A DNA stretch of 62,000 nt from Octopus vulgaris (lineage: Eukaryota). The stretch spans positions 189,740,001 through 189,802,000 of the forward strand of contig OX597815.1 of assembly GCA_951406725.2 (NCBI GenBank), read 5' to 3'. The translations under genes were made by a program, and so were the position numbers. The number at the start of each line of letters is the position of its first letter. Within the stretch, counting starts at the first letter, position 1. The notes beneath the pieces are model-generated. The model searched no databases. It saw only the letters and a program-made list of their open reading frames with translations, and had not been told where the DNA came from. Shown in pieces: positions 12,994 to 26,060 of this stretch.

Positions 12994-14589
12994 CCACCGG
13001 TACAGGAACCACTCAGTGGGCCACTGGCATCAGTCACAACTCCAAAAAGTGTTGTTGCTTTGTTAGAAACTGGTTTGACCTCTCTCAATAAGAACTTAAA
13101 TGAACCTCATACATACATATGATGGATTGCTGCACAGCTTCTGTCAAGCCAGTTTCATTCATAAAATATTATTTGAACCATGGCCTTAGTAGAACAGACT
13201 TACCCAAGGTGCTGCACAGAGATTTCCAATCTAGAAATACATGGTTGTGAAGAAAACTTCTTAATTACACAGACAAACCTGAACTCAAACATCAAATTAA
13301 TGAAGTTAATCATTTAGAGCAATATACCTCTAAAAAGACATCGAATAAATTAATCAAATAAAATAAAATATTAGGTATGGCATTTGAACTTACAACATAT
13401 ATCTTCAATTGCCTATTCAATTATAACCATAATTCTTGTTTTTCTTTCCATTGTAGCTTATCACACAGTAATTGGACATAAACATTAAATTATTTATGAT
13501 AATTATATTTTCATGAAAAATCAAAGGTTTATAACAGAAACAATGACAATTCATTATCTTTGGTCATTATTTCTGTAAAGCTCTAAATTAAATATCCAGA
13601 ATGATTGAAATGAAACTAATCTAAAGACATATATAATTACAAATGGGTGTATTTGTTGAAAGTATTCAAGTGGTATCTGATTTCCAAGATTTCATACAAC
13701 TTATATTTAATAAAGAAGAATGAAAGCCGAGTGCTAACAACATTGATAATTAAAGATGTTTGAAAAATATTGTGTGAAAGAAACGGAATTCCAAATATTG
13801 AACAGCAATTACCATTTTTTATTTTACTCAATTAATTTAGTTTTGACATTTATTACAAAAAACATATTCATATTTTATTCATAAGGATTTTAATTTGATG
13901 AACAGCTTCTTGTTATTATTTTAAAGAACTGACTTCTTGATAAAATCACAAACAGTAAACATTTTGTTTAATTTTTCATAGCAAAGATTGCTATCCTTAA
14001 TCTGTGTATTTTGATATGAAAGATTCAATATTTACAGATAGAAAGTAATTAATATAATAGCTTGATTATTAATAATTATGTACAAGAGAAGAATTTATAT
14101 TTCTTTAATAAATATTGAAGAAAGAAGGTCACAATTGATAAGCGTTAACGATTAAACGAAAATACATTCATTTCATTCTTTTTAATAGCCTTAGAAGAAT
14201 ATGGATAAAAGTGGATATTAGATAAAGAGAACGTCTCATGTTCTCTCTAAACTGTACATCTGTGCAGATACATGCATAGTTTGTAACCACAACTCAAAAG
14301 AGATCAATTTAAGCACAAGAAATGAATGTGGACACAAAGATAGGCCACCAAAAATAAACTAGTTGAATAGTAAGAAGTTTGCTTCCTAACTACAGGGTTG
14401 TTATATTCAAAGTGATTGAAAGAAACACGGAGCATCTCAAAATAAATACAGTAACGAAAGGGTTAAATCTTTTAATGGCAGTTTCAGGTAAGATGGTATC
14501 AAACAGGTTAAAAATAATGACCATCATCAGTATGATACTATAGGTTCTAATTGTTACTGTTGCTAGAAACAATAGCACCATTTTAAGGA

Positions 14590-15030
14590 GTAGCTCTGTG
14601 GTAAGTAGCTTGCTTACCAACCACATGGTTCTGGGTTCAGTCCCACTGCATGGCACCTTGGGCAAGTGTCTTCTACTATAGCCTCAGCCAAATAAAGCTC
14701 TGTGAGTGAATTTGGTAGATGGAAACTGAAAGAAGCCCTTCATATCTTTATATATGTATGTATGTATGTAATATATATGTATGTATGTATGTAATATATA
14801 TGTATGTATGTGTATATATGTATGTATGTATGCATATTATGTGTGTGTGTGTGTATGTGTTTGTTGCCCAACACTTACCAACTGGTGTTGGTGTGTTTAC
14901 GTCCCCGTAACTTAGCAGTACCAGACTCAAAAAGAATAATTACTGCTGTCTGTTCATTTGATTAGAAATTCTTCGAGGCAGTGCCCCAGCATGGCCACAG
15001 TCTAATGACTGGAACAGGTAAGAGAGTAAT
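14590..15030 (+). mobile_element. SINE family A
   Basis: Same head, spacer and tail organisation; diverged. Confidence 0.8.
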
Positions 15031-15439
15031 AGATCTTGTACAGTATAGCCCAGTCACCATCTGTGAGGGAATACAGCTTAGTAACATCTACCACACTTTC
15101 ACTAATAGTTTTAGGGGCCTGTGTAATCACAAGCAGAGATAAACACCTCTCAGTCATCTCACCCTTGACCCAGTGAACATGCAGGCTATGATAGCTAAAG
15201 GGGCAGAGAGTTGCATCAACATCTGGCTAGAGTGGAACAATGTAAAACAAAGTGTTCTTCTCATAAACACAATATATAAACCCATCCAAAGATAACTCAC
15301 AATTTTGTGAACATCCTAACCCGTGCACCCCGACAAAATGAAATATGAACTGGAAATTATTTGCTTGGTATCTGAAGCACCTGGAAAACCATAGAATAAT
15401 TTAGTAGTATTAATAATAATAATATTTCGGTTTTGGATT

Positions 15440-15745
15440 TGGATTTGGTTTACCAGATTCTTTAAATGAGTTCGTGTGTTGAAGCATATTCTGTTGTGTC
15501 TGGGGAGAGTCATTTTCTTTTTGTGCCTTATAATGTAACACACTCACTGGTAAAATTTCCACTTATTTCTTGTTTTCCTTTTCCCTAAAATTTGCGTTGG
15601 GTCTTGCAAGACTATTGAAGATCATTGAAAAGGTTGCAAGATGCAACGAGAATTTTAGGAAAATAAAAATAAGAAATTTTATTGGTGAACGTGTTACATT
15701 ATAAGGCACAAAAAGAAAATGACTCTCCCCAGACACAACAGAATA
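15440..15745. mobile_element. Penelope-like pLTR pair in inverted orientation
   Basis: 15487-~15605 is inverted at ~15640-15745. Decayed hammerhead-like gttgc aagat gcaac stem at ~15632-15650. Confidence 0.55.
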
Positions 15746-16267
15746 ATAATAATACTTATTATACAAATGCAGGCATTGCTATAGGTGCAGACATGTATGT
15801 GTGGTTGAGATGCCTACTTTGTAACCACATGATTTCAGGCTCAGTCCCACTGTGCAGCCCCAGGCTAACCAATGATTCGTGAGTGAACTTGGAAGATGGA
15901 AACTGTGTGGAAGCCTAATGTATATATATATATGTATGCATATGAGTAATAATTTTTTTTTATTCGTTTCAGTCATTTGACTGAAATTAAAACTTTCTAC
16001 CAAAATTTCATGTTAACCTATGTTCCAAACTCTGACTTAATATTGGTTAAGTTGTTTTAATAATTTTGTTTATCCTTTTCAATATTAATTGTAACCAAGG
16101 CAGTGTAGTTCAACAGAGATATGGTGACAAAAGGTCTACTCTTCAAGAGATAGGTCAACAGAGCTTTCATTTAAACACAGGGTTCGGCACGCTAGGATAA
16201 ATTACCTCAAGTAGGGTAAAACTGAAATTCTTGGAAGTAATGAGACCACATTAGACGTAATGAGAAC

Positions 16268-16795
16268 ACATTAGACGTAAGATGTGACCCCCTTCGGTCA
16301 TAAATGACCAAGGGATTGCACCTAGAAAGTTACCCTCCCAGGCACAAGTCTGGGCAAGGTTGTTTATGGAAGACCAGCAGCCGCCCATGCATACAAGCCT
16401 CTCCGCTCTACGCCCCCGATTTTATCCAAGGGAAAGGCAAAGACCGATACAGCTTGGCACCAGTGACATCGCAGCTCATTTATTAATGTGTAAGTGGCTG
16501 AGCACTCCACAGACGAGTGTAACCTTAACGTAGTTCTTGGGGAGATTCAGCGTGACACAGAGTGTGACAAGGCTAGCCCTTTGAAATACAGGTACAACAG
16601 AAACAGGAAGAAAGATTGAGAGAAAGTTGTGGTGAAAGAGTACAGCAGGTTTCACCCCCACCCTGCCGGAGCCTAATGGAGCTTTAGGTGTTTACGCTCA
16701 ATAAACACTCACAATGCCTGGTGTGGGAATTGAAACTGCAATCCTACGACCACGAGTCTGCTACCTTAACCGCTGGGCCATTGCACCTCCACAAG
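16268..16795 (-). mobile_element. Composite SINE: family C head and body (16476-16795) joined to a family E 3' part (16268-16475)
   Basis: Head matches 2223; the distal part matches 4200-4396. Confidence 0.7.
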
Positions 16796-17739
16796 TAAAA
16801 TTATATTTAAAAAAGCATGTTCCTTGTTTACTAGAGAAATTTTTCTTCTGGCAACACTGCTTCTGTTCAATGTAATGAATGTGCAAATAGATTAATATAA
16901 ATAGATTCAATAAAATGGATACAATAAACCTTTTGAATTCAAAGAATCTATGATTTTCTTCCTTTCAAATCAAGAGGGTAATGTTGGTGCAAATAAATAT
17001 ATTTTGGGGTAATTGGTTAAAAAAGTTCTCCAAACCCTGCTTTAACAGCTTTAATTTTTCTGTAGAAGTTATTAAAAAATGATATTAAAAATTATTTTCA
17101 TATTTTTATCCCTACAACTATTTGTAAAGGAATCACTTTTTCAAGATCAGTGACGAATAGTTACTGGAAAAAGGATATTAATATTTGCATTGGGAACTCC
17201 TTTCCTCGAAGACTGGTGATTGTCGTATGCTGATGATGGGTCAAGACCCAGAAACTGCAGTCTGTGCGTATCACTTAGGTTGATGAGGGAAGGATGACCT
17301 CCCTTAGCAAAGTGTGCCTAAAGCCAGCTGGAGGAGATGTTCTCCTGGGGCTACACGCTACAATAACACCCACCCTTAGTGGTTAGCCATATTGAGATGG
17401 CAAATATACCTCACATATTTGTAAAGGATTTTGCTTAAAAGCTTCAGATTTCTTTTAAAATTACAGATAGACTAGAAAGCAAAACCTGAGCAGAGACTAA
17501 TAAAAAAAAAGGGGTCGAAAATGAAATGAAACTAAATAAAATAATTATTTCTATGGTTTTGTTGTGGTTAGATAAAGGCATTGAATGTCTGCAACAGCAG
17601 TTACAATATGTGTCCACTGAGAAAACTATAGAGGAATCAAACAAGGTAGCACTTAAATGAAACATTCTATGAAGCAAGCATTTACAGAAGGCGCTTCTAC
17701 ATTATAACTCATTCTGCTAGATGTAACACCGAATCTCTT

Positions 17740-18180
17740 TCAATCATCATCATCATCATTGTTTAACATCTGCTTTCCATGCTAGCATGGGTTGGACGAA
17801 TGACTGAGGGCTGGTGAACTAGATGGCTGCACCAGGCTTAAATTTTGATCTGGCAGTGTTTCTACAGCTGGATGACCTTCCTAACGCCAACCACTCCGAG
17901 AGTGTAGTGGGTGCTTTTACATGCCGCCGACATGGGGTCAGGTCCAGTCAGGCAGTACTGGCAACGACCTCACTCAAATCTTTTACATATGCCACCGGCA
18001 CAGGTGCCAGTAAGGCGATGCTGGTAATGATTATGCTCGAATTGTGTCTTTTACATGCCACCAGCATGGAGGCCAGATAGCCACTCTGGCAACAATCACG
18101 CTCGGATGGTGCTCTTAATACCCTACAAGCACAGAGCTCGAGTGCCAGTAAGGCGACGCTGGTAACGATCACGCTCGATA
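17740..18180 (-). mobile_element. Family D retroelement
   Basis: Body plus ~4 modules. Confidence 0.8.
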
Positions 18181-18468
18181 AAAAAAGGAAAATACTTTGA
18201 CGAATGTAGTTTTGGATGCATAACTCCTGAACAAAAAAATAAAAGGTCCATTCCTTAGTCCTTGACTCTGTTATAACCATCACAACTAAGATCATACTGC
18301 AGAACCAGCATCATAGTTTTAGCCTCATGTGTGGAATGCCCCTAATAATTGTTCTGCTTGATTAATCAGAACAAATTTAGGATTTAACTACAACAGGTAT
18401 TCACCTTCTAAAAGCTTTAACAAATTACATGCAAAAATAAAAGAAAAAATTCTAAACCTATTACGATT

Positions 18469-18756
18469 TTACTGTATTGTGTCCAAACCTCCTTCCTCTC
18501 CTCCTTCAGGCTCTGAATTAACCCCTACACCAAGTTCTCCCTTTCCAAAAACATCAGCTTTTTTGAAATTCCCTCCATGCCAATGTTTTTTTCCCTGTAG
18601 CTGTCAACTTGTAATTTCCAGCTATTCATGAGGAACATTAATTGTGTCGATCTGACTGGTCTCAGAAGACCCTGTGAAGGATACGGTTGCAGGTCCTTCC
18701 TCCAGACCAAACTAATAAATATAAATGCTCTGGATGAGAAAACATAAACAATCTAC
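18469..18756 (-). CDS. Candidate terminal exon, coding or 3'UTR: phase 1 reads (G)RLFMFSHPEHLYLLVWSGGRTCNRILHRVF*; phase 0 gives 96 codons with TAG, TAG, TGA and a final TAA
   Basis: Acceptor gtgctgttattacag; unique sequence, more GC-rich than its flanks. The 3' end is not defined. Confidence 0.35.
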
Positions 18757-18839
18757 CTGTAATAACAGCACATCAACACAGTTTTCAAAAGTAATCTCTG
18801 AAGCTTTCTCACCTAATTAAAATCTCTCCAATAGAATTG

Positions 18840-19002
18840 CATGCATAGACACACACACACAGGTGCATTTGTGTACATGCACAGACACAGACACACACAC
18901 GCACATACATGCAAACATATACGTATGTGTGTATATATGTGTATGTATATATATGTGTGTATGAGTGTGTTTATGTATCTCTCTCTTTCTCTCTCTCTCT
19001 CT

Positions 19003-19036
<34 letters not shown>

Positions 19037-19385
19037 GAACATATATATGTATATATATGAACATATATAATGGTATATATTCATATGCATATACAAATAT
19101 GCATATATATATACATATATACATGCACATATACATACATATGTGTATATCTGTCTAACTACCTACCTGTTTATATATACATACATACATACATACATAT
19201 ATACACATATATATATATATATATATATGTATATATGAACATATATAATGGTATATATTCATATGCATATACACATATGCATATATATTTATACATATAT
19301 ACATGCACATATACATACATATGTGTATATCTGTCTAACTACGTACCTGTTTATATATACATACATACATACATACATATATACA

Positions 19386-19431
<46 letters not shown>

Positions 19432-19570
19432 TCATACATATCATATGTGCATATATATATATGTATATTTATGTATCTATCTATATGTATATAATATACA
19501 TACAATTATACATCTGCGTATATATATATTTATATATATATATATATATATATATACAGATGTATATGTG
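18840..19570. repeat. Complex TA/CA microsatellite field containing a ~178-bp tandem duplication
   Basis: ~19045-19210 is repeated at ~19223-19388. Confidence 0.85.
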
Positions 19571-19964
19571 TATGCATTGCTGTATATTCTGTGCAATTAT
19601 GGGAAGTCTTAGTTGAAGGGAACGGGATGCCCTCTAGAGATCAGAACAGAATAACTGAATGATTTTCTGCAGAAGTGAATTCTAAAAGTTAGGAATTACT
19701 GACATGTGTGGTTCAAGGAGGGAAACAGGAAATGCCATGAAATGAAGTTTTGTCTAGTAAACACTTAAGGTGGAGATTTTTGCAGAATCATTAAAGCATC
19801 AGACGTAATGTCTTCTAGTATTTAATTCCAGCCCTTTGTTTTCTGAGTGCAAGTCCTTGCCTTCCCCCTTTCCAGAGTTAATAAAATAAATGCTGGCCGA
19901 ATACCTTAGTCCATTTAGACAACAGATAGGTAAGCGTAGTGAAGGCATGTGGTTTAGTAGTGGC

Positions 19965-20365
19965 AAGCTGGCAGAAATGTTAGCACGCTGGGCGAAATAT
20001 GTAGCCGTATTTCACCTACCGCTACGTTCTGAGTTCAAATTCCGCCAAGGTCGGCTTTGCTTTTCATCCTTACGGGGTCGATTAAATAAGTACCAGTTAT
20101 GCACTGGGGTCGATGTTATCGACTTAATCCGTTTGTCTGTCTTTGTTTGTCCTCTCTGTGTTTAGCCCCTTGTGGGTAGTAAAGAAATAGGTATTTTGTC
20201 TGCCGCTACATTCTGAGTTCAAATTCCGCCGAGGTCGACTTTGCCTTTCATCCTTTTGGGGGTGATAAAATAAGTACCAGTTACGCACTGGGGTCGATGT
20301 TATCGACTTACTCCCTTTGTCTGTCCTTGTTTGTCCCTTCTATGTTTAGCCCCTTGTGGGCAATA
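19965..20365 (+). mobile_element. SINE family B head-to-tail dimer
   Basis: The second unit starts mid-head directly after aaagaaataggtatt at ~20190. Confidence 0.85.
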
Positions 20366-20914
20366 AAAAAAAGAATAAAAATAAAATAAAATAAGAATCA
20401 TCTTTGCATGGAAATGCAAGCATTCTCTGCAGGGTTCTTGAAGCATGATCAGTAAACAAGTGTCACCTTAGTCTGCTGGCTCTAGGCAGCTGACACTTCC
20501 AATCATACCCAGCAAAATAAAGATGAGAGTTTATATGATATAACAACAACAACAACAATGATAATAATAATCTTTCACAGCTACAAATCAAAGTGATACC
20601 AGCTAAAGTTTGGGAAAGTGAACGTGATATGCAAGATCACCCACTTCATGGTGTTTTTTGATATTCTTTGCCTTAGTAAAAGATGCAATGCTTGTGGCTG
20701 AAATATCTTAAAAGTGTGGGGAGGGGGTAATCTCTGACTAAGCAACAACAACAACAACAACAATGGAAAATGATGTAAATAATTCTTGAGAGCTGTTTTA
20801 ATGTTTCTGCAAATATAGTTAATATTTTACAAAAAACATCCAAAATAATAGTATCCAAAATAAATATGAAACCCAAGTTAACAGAACTTTCAAAAATTGT
20901 TGTATAGTATAAGT

Positions 20915-21560
20915 GCAGGAGTGGCCATGTGGTAAGTAGCTTGCTTACAAACCACATGGTTCCGGGTTCAGTCCCACTGCGTAGCACCTTGGGCAAGTTT
21001 CTTCCACTATAGCCTCGGGCCAACCAAAGCCTTGTGAGTGGATTTGGTAGATAGAAACTGAAAGAAGCCCGTTGTATATATGTACATATATATATGTGTG
21101 TGTGGAGGTGCCATGGTCCAGTGGTTAGGGCAGCAAACTCGCGGTCGTAGGATTGCGGTTTCGATTCCCAGACCGGGCGTTGTGAGTGTTTATTGAGCGA
21201 AAACACCTAAAGCTCCAGGAGACTCTGGCAGGGGGTGGTGGCGATCCCTGCTGTACTCTTTCACCACAACTTTCTCTCACTCTTTCTTCTGTTGGCCTGC
21301 TCACTTAGCCAGTGGGGTGGCGTCATTTGAAGGCTAAAACAATGCGAAGCGCACTGTGACCAGCGATGTGTAGCAACATCTGATAGCCTGGTCGGTCATG
21401 TGATCACGTGATATATATATATGTGTGTGTATATGTTTGTGTATGTATGTTTGTCCCCCCAGTGTCACTTGACAGCCGATGTTGGTGTGTTTACATCCCC
21501 GTAACTTAGCAGTTAGGCAAAAGAGACCGATGGAATAAGTACTAGGCTTACAAAGAATAA
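20915..21560 (+). mobile_element. SINE family A split by a family C insertion
   Basis: Head 20915-21080, tail 21420-21560. Confidence 0.8.
21102..21412 (+). mobile_element. SINE family C nested in family A
   Basis: Matches 2223-2527. Confidence 0.85.
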
Positions 21561-22919
21561 GTGCTATTTCTGCTATTTATTACACTTTCTTTTTTCCTTC
21601 ATTCATTTTCAAATGTTTTTGGTTTGCCATAATTGCTTATTTCTGCTAATTAAATAGCATTCATTATATCGTATCTCCTATTATTCACAGTATCTTTTTT
21701 TATAATATGGCCATCACTCCTAATCGAATATGACTTGGTAGCAACGTGCACAATGAATTTCTCTAAAACTATTTTTTAAGAGCTCATGTAATCATGGCAA
21801 ACTCAAATACACAAACACACTTTTAATCCTCCCACCCTTCACTCAAAAGAACATCCGAAACATGACAGCTAGAGGGAGAGAGCGGGTTCCAACTTCTTAC
21901 ATAATAAATGCATTAAAAATAAAACTTCCTTGATAATGGAAAGTTCACAATGACAACATCACAAACCCCCAAGGAGCCATTATTTAGGAAGTTTACTACA
22001 TAAACATTACAGGAATGCTAAATGGTTTGGTGAATGGAACGGCAGTACAATACTGGAGCATGACATATCATTGTATAATTAGTTTCTTTTGATGGCATTC
22101 AATCAATGCTTCCAAGTGAAATGGTGCAGTTGATGGAATCTACACCAGATTCTTAACATTCTTAACCCCAGAGCTATTTATTTAATTTTATTTTATATTT
22201 GCTTTTTAGCTCCAGTGTGAAGGTGCATAGCTTAGTGGTTAGAGCATAGAGCTTAAGATCGTGAGGTTGTGAGTTCAAATCTGGAACCAGGCTGTGTGTG
22301 GTGTTCTTGAGCAAGACACTTTATTTAATGTTACTCCAGTCCACTCACCTGTAAAAATGAATAGCAACATCACTGGTGCCAAGCTGTATTGGCCTTTACC
22401 TTTCCCTTGGACAACATCAGTGGTATGGAGAGGAGAGGCCGGTATGCATGGGCGACTGCTGGCCTTCCACAAACAATCTTGCCCTGACTTGTGCCTCAGA
22501 GGGTAACTTTCTAGGTGCAATCCCATGGTCATTCATGACCAAAGGGGGTTTCCTCCTCCTTAGATCCAGTGGTTAGGTTTCTCATGGATATCTCTGGTTC
22601 CCCATGTTAGTTTCAAATATTGGAACAAGGCCAGCAAGTTTCTATATTTAGAATCCCCTTAAATATATGTGTGTGTGTGTGTGTGTGTGTTTCTCTTGAT
22701 GCTGTGCAATACTTGCAAATAAGCGTCACCATCATACTAATACTGTCACTTGCTTCTAATCTTTCATGAAAACATGTGCAGCCATGGGGAAATATTAACT
22801 TGTTTAGAAGCAAGTGAAGGTAGGTGACAGGAAGAGCATCTAACTCTTTACTCTTTCTTTTACTCTTTTACTTGTTTCAGTCATTTGACTGCGGCCATGC
22901 TGGAGCACCGCCTTTATAA

Positions 22920-23280
22920 TAATTTCAAATTTTGCCACGAGGGTAGCAACTTTGGGGAAGGGGATGAGTCGATTACATTGACCCCAGTGTTCAACTTGTC
23001 CTTATTTTATCGACCCCTAAAGGATGAAAGGTAAAGTCAACCTCGGCGGAATTTGAACTCAGAACGTAAAGACAGACAAAATTTTGGAGGGGAAGGGTAC
23101 CAGTTGATTAAATTGACCCCAGTATGCAGCTGGTTCTTAATTTATCAACCCCGAAAGGATAAAAGGCAAAGTTGACATCGGTGGAATTTGAACCTGGAAC
23201 ATAGCGTCAGGCAAAATACTGCTAAGCATTTCGTCAAGTTCGCTAACGATTCTGCCAACTCACCACCTATAGAAAAAAAA
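22920..23280 (-). mobile_element. SINE family B, two tandem diverged copies
   Basis: Repeated ccc.aaaggat.aaagg.aaagt..ac.tcgg.ggaatttgaac core. Confidence 0.75.
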
Positions 23281-23556
23281 CTACCTGAATTATTTCCATC
23301 TGACTTTGCAAGCATAGAAACAATGATCATTATTATAATGATGATCACACACATGACATACTTCAGCTCTAAACTCTAATGTACCATGCAATGGGATCAA
23401 ACCCCAAAGTATATGATTCGAGGGTAAATTTATTAAATAATAATGTTTTTTGAACCCTAGAAGAACTGGAGGTGAAGCTGGCCCTTGCACGGTTTGAATT
23501 CATGCCGCTGTATCACTGTGATAAGGCATTTATTGTTTTCTTCTAAAAATCTCAGG

Positions 23557-23965
23557 AGGCATGGCTGTGTGGTAAGAAGCTTGCTTCCTAACCACATGGT
23601 TCAGGGTTCAGTCCCACTGTGTGGCACCCTTAGGTAAGTGTCTTTTACTATAGCGTCAGGTTGATCAAAGTGTTGTGAGTGGATTTACGTAGATGAAGAC
23701 CGAAAGAAGTCCATCATACATATGTATGTATATGTGTGTGTCTTTGTGTCTGTGTTTATCCCCACCACCACCAACACCACTACTACTACTACTATTTGGC
23801 AACCGGTGCTGGTGTGTTTGTATCACCATAATTTATTGGTTCAGCAAAAAAGACTAATAGAATAATTACCATGCCTTTTAAAAGAGAAGTATTGTGGTTG
23901 ATGCATTTGAATAAAAATTCTTCAAGGCAATGCCCCAGTATGGTCACAGTATAATGGCTGAAACA
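23557..23965 (+). mobile_element. SINE family A, diverged
   Basis: Head and tail recognisable. Confidence 0.75.
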
Positions 23966-24027
23966 AATAAAAGAAAAAATAAAAGAAAAAGTTATATCTA
24001 ATACCAGAAATTATTGTTGTACTTTAC

Positions 24028-24079
24028 CTTGTTTAGCATGTACAAAAATATAAAACACATCTTCCACTAGCAAAGGAAC
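24028..24079 (-). CDS. Candidate exon (52 nt): after the 32560 exon it reads RFLC*WKMCFIFLYMLNK; in phase 0 it reads VPLLVEDVFYIFVHAKQ without a stop
   Basis: Acceptor cttgtacag, donor AAG|gtaaag. TAG at 24067-24069 in the phase-2 frame. Confidence 0.45.
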
Positions 24080-24169
24080 CTGTACAAGCTGTCGGAAATA
24101 ACAGCCAAATTCCTGTTAAACCACACTCTCTAAATCTAATAGAACACATCAAGTGTGTTACATTGTTAA

Positions 24170-24567
24170 TCTCTCTATATATAAAGCTGAAGTTGTCCGT
24201 GTATGGCAGGTTTGGTAGCCTTCAACTAACACTATCTCCTCCGAGACCCTGCAGCACAAGTTGACCAAAATTGAGAGTATGATAGAAGAAGGCTTGCTCT
24301 TCCTTCCGTAGAAGATAAAATTCAAATCGGACCATGTTAAGACCAAAAATTATTTACATCAAAGAGGTGCTTTTTTTCTATGAAAATCCCTATTTTTTAC
24401 GATTTTTTTACTGCTGTGTCGCCATTTATCGGTGTATTTCAACCAGAAAAATGTTCACTTAAAGAGAATAACAAGCTACATAATGCAAAATTTTTACTTT
24501 TCAAAAATTCCAATTCTAAAGGGTCGAAAAGAAAACAAGCCTGAGCAACGCTGGGCTATACTGATAG
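24170..24567 (+). mobile_element. Non-autonomous Helitron-like element
   Basis: 5' TC(TC)TATATATAAAG start; 3' hairpin cctgagcaacgctggg followed by a degenerate CTAG (atag); sits between A and T. Confidence 0.65.
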
Positions 24568-25599
24568 TTTTTAATAAATGAAATATGTTTCCCAATGAGT
24601 TTCTGGACAAACCTATAATCTATCCGGGACCTAACTGTTAGTTAATTTGCTGTGCATATTCATAAGAGAACCTTAACTTTAAAATTACTAATGAATGATT
24701 AATTTCGAATGTAAAAGCTTGGCAAGGGTTAATATAGCATACCAACACAATGATGCTATCTTGCATAAATGATAGTAAACATTAAAATATGGAACCTAAA
24801 TAGATTTTTTTTTTTTAATGTTTCCATAGGAAATCTGATTATGATCATTAGTAGAATGCACTAATGACTAAATAAAAACAAACAAAAATATTATCAACCG
24901 ATTTCACATTACAGCATCTGGTAGTTTCAATATTTTTTCAATAAGAATTTAAATATCTTTTAGTATTTTCATGCAGCGCTTTCTTTCTGACAGGAAATTG
25001 ATTATGATCAGCTTTTTATAATTAGGGAAACAACTGTTTTAACCTTATCAGTAGAAAGAGAAATGTATATAGATAATTTTAATAGGAACTAAAATATGTC
25101 CTAAGGTTTCAGCTGACTAGAAATGTAAATTGTTAGGATAATAACTACAAGATAATATCAGAAGGAAACTCCATGCATCCATTATCAGTATGGAGAAATG
25201 GATGTGAAATCAAGAATGAATAAATTAAATGCTCTGACTAGGAAACTGAATATGTTTTGATATTCACAACAGGAAATTGATTGTGTTTTAATGGCCTCAC
25301 TAGGAAATTAAATGTATTGATAGAGAAACTAAGTATCTGATAGCAGTTTAAATAACAACCAGTAGAGAGAAAATAGTGCAGCCAATTTAGTGTGTTCGGG
25401 TTTCCTTTTGCTTGACTCCATATTAGGAAGTGGGCAAGAGAAATAAAGTCATAAATTTTGAGTGAGTACTCAAGCTATAAAGCTCTAAAATAACGTTGCT
25501 TCTGATCGTTAGATCTTGACGAGTTTATTGAGTCATTTTTGATGAGTTACACTTCTTGTCTCTTTGTTGTCAATGATTTTAATACTTTTTTTTTTCAGC

Positions 25600-25816
25600 T
25601 CTTTACTCTTTTACACTTTTACTTGTTTTCAGTCATGTGACTGTGGCCATGCTGGCGCACCGCCTTTAGTCGAGCAAATCGATCCCAGGACTTATTCTTT
25701 GTAAGCCTAGTACTTATTCTATCAGTCTCTTTTGCCGAACTGCTTAGTTACAGGGATGCAAACACACCAGCATCAGTTGTCAAGTGATGTTGGGGGGCAC
25801 AAACACAGACACACAA

Positions 25817-25901
<85 letters not shown>

Positions 25902-26060
25902 TATGATAGGCTTTTTGCAGTTTCCGTCTACCAAATCCACTCACAAGACTTTGGTTGGCCTGAGGCTATAGTAAAAGACACTTGCCCAAAGTGCCATACA
26001 GTGGGACTGAACCCGGAACCATGTGGTTGGTAAGCAAGCAACTTACCTCACTCCTGTGCC
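25600..26060 (-). mobile_element. SINE family A, full length
   Basis: Reverse-complement match to the + copies. Confidence 0.85.

Noticed and set aside
13385-13870. Hydrophobic, GPCR-like stretches on both strands
   Set aside because: Multiple TAA stops and no diagnostic motif; AT-rich DNA yields F/I/L-rich peptides by chance.
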